64,000 bases of DNA from Takakia lepidozioides. Taxonomy: Eukaryota > Plantae > Bryophyta. The stretch covers positions 62,001 through 126,000 of the forward strand of contig JAKLZA010000010.1 in assembly GCA_030704615.1 (NCBI GenBank), written 5' to 3'. A program made the translations under genes and the position numbers. Within the stretch, counting starts at the first letter, position 1. Each line of letters starts with the position of its first letter. Of this stretch, positions 60,101 to 64,000 are shown in pieces. A model generated the notes under the pieces. It had not been told where the DNA came from and made no database searches. It worked only from the letters and a program-made list of their open reading frames with translations.

Positions 60101-63100
60101 GGACATGTGGAGCTTCCCCAAACCGGACAAACTCTCTGACCCCACATTCGACATGTGGATGAACCGCATGACATGGTGGTTTCAGGTACTTCCCCACGCT
60201 TCGTTTGGGGCTTCTACTCTAGTAGGGGGTGGATTCATTGTATTTTTTGAGGAAAGCGATCTGATGGACAATCTCCACAGGTGACGACGAATGCGCAAGA
60301 GCAGCTGGACACACAAGCACATCAGTTCAAGATGGAGATATCTCCTGCAGCAGAGAGCCTACGTGACTATGTGACGAGGTACTTTCTGCTCTACAAAACC
60401 AACCTATTTTTTCGGGAGATAGCAGATGCTCGCCGGAACCACGAGTTCACCGACCAGCCGAACGCGGACAAAGCAGCAATGCGCCTTCTGTATAGGTACA
60501 TACGCGCTGCCTTTCTTTCAAGTCCTGGCATTTCAGGATGTTAGAGGCCTCAAGTGGTGTTAGGGAAAATGGCGCCGAATTTCCAGTCAGGGCTCCGAAA
60601 ATGGCTAAGTCCCTAGACTGGCTGGCCCGGAACTGGAAATTCGGCGCCATTTTCCAATTCCAGGCCCTATTGCCGTCCAGGGACTTAGCCATTTTCGGTC
60701 TAAGTCCCTAGGGTGGCTGGCCCGAAACTGGAAATTCGGCGCCGTTTTCCAGTTCTAGGCCCTATTGCCGTCCAGGGACTTAGCCATTTTCGGGCTAAGT
60801 CCCTAGGGTGGCTGGCCCGGAACAGGAAATTCGGCGCCGTTTTCCAGTTCTAGGCCCTATTGCCGTCCAGGGAATTAGCCATTTTCGGGCTAAGTCCCTA
60901 GACTGGCTGGCCCTGAAGTGGAAATTCGGCGCCATTTTCCAGTTCCAGGCCCTATTGCCGTTCAGGGACTTAGCCATTTTCGGGCTAAGTCCCTAGACTG
61001 GCTGGCCCTGAAGTGGAAATTCGGCGCCATTTTCCAGTTGTAGGCCCTATTGCCGTTCAGGGACTTAGCCATTTTCGGGCTAAGTCCCTAGGGTGGCTGG
61101 CCCGGAACTGGAAATTCGGCGCCGTTTTCCAGTTCTAGGCCCTATTGCCGTTCAGGGACTTAGCCATTTTCGGGCTAAGTCCCTAGGGTGGCTGGCCCGG
61201 AACTGGAAATTCGGCGCCGTTTTCCAGTTCTAGGCCCTATTGCCGTCCAGGGACTTAGCCATTTTTGGGCTAAGTCCCTAGACTGGCTGGCCCTGAACTG
61301 GAAATTCGGCGCCGTTTTCCAGTTCCAGGCCCTATTGCCGTTCAGGGACTTAGCCATTTTCGGGCTAAGTCCCTAGACTGGCTGGCCCTAAAGTGGAAAT
61401 TCGGCGCCATTTTCCAGTTGTAGGCCTTATTGCCGTTCAGGGACTTAGCCATTTTCGGACCTCATTGTGTTTTTCATGAATGCAGGTACTGTAAGTTCTC
61501 CCTTTTGGAGAAAGGTCATCTGTCTTCGGAGCCACCATTCTTCCTGGCATGGAGGAACCCTGGGGCTGACTCCATGTACACTGACGATATTGTGAAGGAG
61601 TGGCATCTGGAACATTTGCGTGATTGCCCTTGGTATGTGGACCTTCCGCCCGGCTCGCTCGACCCATCCGAGTTTCAATTGAAGCTGGATGCTGAATTCC
61701 GACGAAACCGGGCTCCGCTGCCTCCGTTGGGTGCAAAAGAGGCAAAAGCGCTTGCGAACTCCAGGAAAGCGACAGAGCTTGCTCAGGCAGGAATTCAGGA
61801 GAAATTGCATGAGAAGAGTAAAGGTCAAAGGAAAATGACAAGGAAACAGGTGACTGCAGTAACACCCAAAAAGAAGAAAACCATCGGGGCATCGGAGGAG
61901 GCGCAGGAGGGGACCCAAGAGAGTGACTCGGACGACGACTTCGTTCAAGGTCCTTCGACTGCTGTTGCTCCTACCCAGTCACCGTCGTCCGGGTTCCCAA
62001 GTCAGTTCGGAGTGGGACTGGCTCTGCCAAGAAGTTGGCATTTGAGGGCGAGCCTACACGCCGGTATTCGGCGGTGACGTTTACGCACAGGCCAAAGCTA
62101 GAACCTCCAACCATCATCCAATGCGTCAATGAGAGCTTCCTTGACGCTCTCGCTGCCAGGGCGAAGAAGTGGCACACAACAAGTCTCTGGCGGAGCAGAA
62201 GGGGAAAGCCAAGAAGAGGGCTGGCGGTACAGAGCCTAAAGACACCCCTGGTTTTGAAGCCATGATGGAATTCTTCACGGCTGTGAGCACGAATTGCAAG
62301 AGCACTCGGGGGGGGGTTGAGGTGGAGAGAGCTTGCGACATGATTCTCCTCGACATTCCAGATGGGGAGCTGCTGGAGGGCCTGGATGGTGTGCCCACCT
62401 GGAACAGGTTTACTGAGCACTACTAGAAAGCCGGGTTTGGGCTGGTGGGGATGCTTCTGGATGACGGTGGATGTGTGGTTGTCATTGCCACGAGAGGAAG
62501 ACCACAGAGAATGCGGTGGCAAGGTGGACACCGAAAGTGTCACCCCGGTCCTCCTCAGAAAATGGTTCTGCATCAGTACGCAGGGGTTGCGAACAGAGGG
62601 CCAAAGTGTAAGTTATCAATCTTTTGCATTCACTTCATATTGTGGTGTATGTTAAGTAGACCCTGGAGTTGATCCCTTCTTTGTTGGATGTGCAGACATT
62701 GGTGTTTGAGGCATATTGCTTTGTGAAGAGAGGGTCTACGCTCAAATTCCGCAACGACGGTCGTCTTGTTGATGCCGCTGTGGACCCTGTAACCTACGAT
62801 GTCCTCTACAACTATGTGCCCCACTCCAGTATGCCGAATGACACAAAGACAGGCAAACCGTGGCGGTACAGCCGCCGACCCGGAGCCCTGCTTTCATCCA
62901 AACCCTCATGGAGACGTGCTCGGATGTCCAAGGGCGGATTCTGGACCTCACATGCGGCACGGGTAAGCCTTCACGTGCTCAGTTTGTCCCCTGGCCCGAC
63001 TGCAATTGCATGCCGCAAGCTATTAACCGCCCGCTTTGTTCCTCAGGTGCTTCAATGTGGGCAGGGACGTTGTCCGACAGGCATGTGTTCGCCTTCGAGC

Positions 63101-63834
63101 CAGATACTGCCCTCCACAACTCGGAACTTGCAGCGGCTGAACGTCTGCCGAAAGAGGAAGAGGCATCCTCGGAGGATGAGGAAAAATCCGAGAAGGAGCA
63201 GGGGGAGGAAGTTGGGATCGAGGCCGAGGAGCCCCCGGTTTACGAGTGAGTGGTGGCATTGTAAGTTGCCTCCAGATTTTGTGAGGCACCTCCCTCCGCT
63301 CTCTTATTTCATTGAAAACCCTTTCTGGTTGTGCTGGTATTGACATTCTTGAAGTGGATTTGTTCTTACTGTAGGATGCCAAGTACTGCCGGAGGGACGT
63401 CTACACCGGAGTTCATGGGCAGGAGGAACGTGCCTTTTTTTGCCAGGGGGGATTTCATGCCTAGTCCAGAAAGGGAGTACATCCTTCCTACTTATGCTGC
63501 CCGGCTTGCTTTGGTGTCCATTAGGAGGTGTTCCGAACGTAGTCGTGTACAGCAGATTTTAGACGAGGCAAGCCTCAAGAAAATGAAGATGAGGGAGGAG
63601 GCAGCAGCTATTAGAGCCCGTCGGGCTCGTAGATTTGTGTTGGATTCTGCTGAGGAAAGTGGGGGAGAAGACGCAGAAGATTCCCAGGAGGTGAGGTGGA
63701 CAGTCCCCCAAGGAGAGGACGGGATTTTTGAGAGGCATAGTGGAACTGATGCATCACAGAGCTCGGAGGATGAGGGGGATGAGGGGGATGAGGAAGAAGG
63801 TGGGGCAAGTTCCTCGGAGGGTGTAGGAGAGTAG
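57156..63834 (+). pseudogene. Family B multi-exon ParB-like + N4/N6 MTase-like gene
   Basis: VWDGNHRLLAW (~59130), DMILLDIPDG (~62340), RILDLTCGTG (~62940). Putative introns ~59290-59407, 60496-61485, 62609-62695, 62962-63047 and 63246-63374; premature TAG at 62424; start uncertain. Confidence 0.75.
60603..61452. repeat. Intronic tandem array, 9 x 95 bp, each unit an imperfect hairpin centred on the B palindrome
   Basis: Units start at 60603, 60698 ... 61363: GGCTAAGTCCCT...GAAATTCGGCGCC...AGGGACTTAGCC. Confidence 0.95.
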
Positions 63835-64000
63835 TGCCCATTCCGGCTATGACAGTTAGAACATACTTGTATAGACGTGGCTTGCCACAAAATTTGCAAT
63901 AAAATGTTGCATTTCAAGTCCACTGGTGCCACATTCCAACTTCACATGACCCTATTTCCGTGCCTCCTAACCCTATTTCCGTGGACTCACAATGGTCTGC

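Larger units (their letters stand above)
51109..64000 (-). mobile_element. MULE-like element family B (~13 kb), inserted in A3; the far end is probably just beyond the window
   Basis: Terminus GAGGTTTGCTATTTCATGAGC at 51109; same gene layout as A; 63945-63990 resembles the reverse complement of the A subterminal region 17866-17905. Confidence 0.88.

Overview
This is a eukaryotic window, probably from a streptophyte plant (inference from GT-AG introns and the Ty3/gypsy and Mutator types). It consists almost entirely of nested mobile elements, with a 500-N gap at 16818-17317. (1) 1-6504: 3' half of a Ty3/gypsy retrotransposon with extra post-pol ORFs. (2) Several copies of a large (13-15 kb) Mutator-like (MULE) DNA transposon in three diverged families: A at 8860-9707, 9708-16817, 17769-33120 and 33121-51108; B at 51109->64000; a C relic at ~6600-8160. 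The fuller A and B copies carry a GCM-like/DDE/SWIM transposase gene. It lies head-to-head with a multi-exon gene encoding a ParB/Srx-like domain fused to a beta-class N4/N6 DNA-methyltransferase-like domain. Between the two genes is an array of 22-34 bp perfect palindromes, often at near-integer helical spacing, with a family-specific sequence (A: GGAAATGCGGCGCCGCATTTCC; B: GGAAATTCGGCGCCGAATTTCC). (3) 36006-47781: an apparently young Ty3/gypsy element (4-bp TSD ATGC) whose pol carries a C5 cytosine methyltransferase and a PHD finger. It has split direct repeats (a...b-a-b) instead of conventional LTRs, suggesting integration of a circular intermediate by a DDE integrase. The two best candidates for undescribed systems are the ParB-MTase/palindrome-array MULE and the split-repeat gypsy. 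All domain calls are by-eye motif recognition; no database search was run. Many frameshifts could be decay or sequencing indels.
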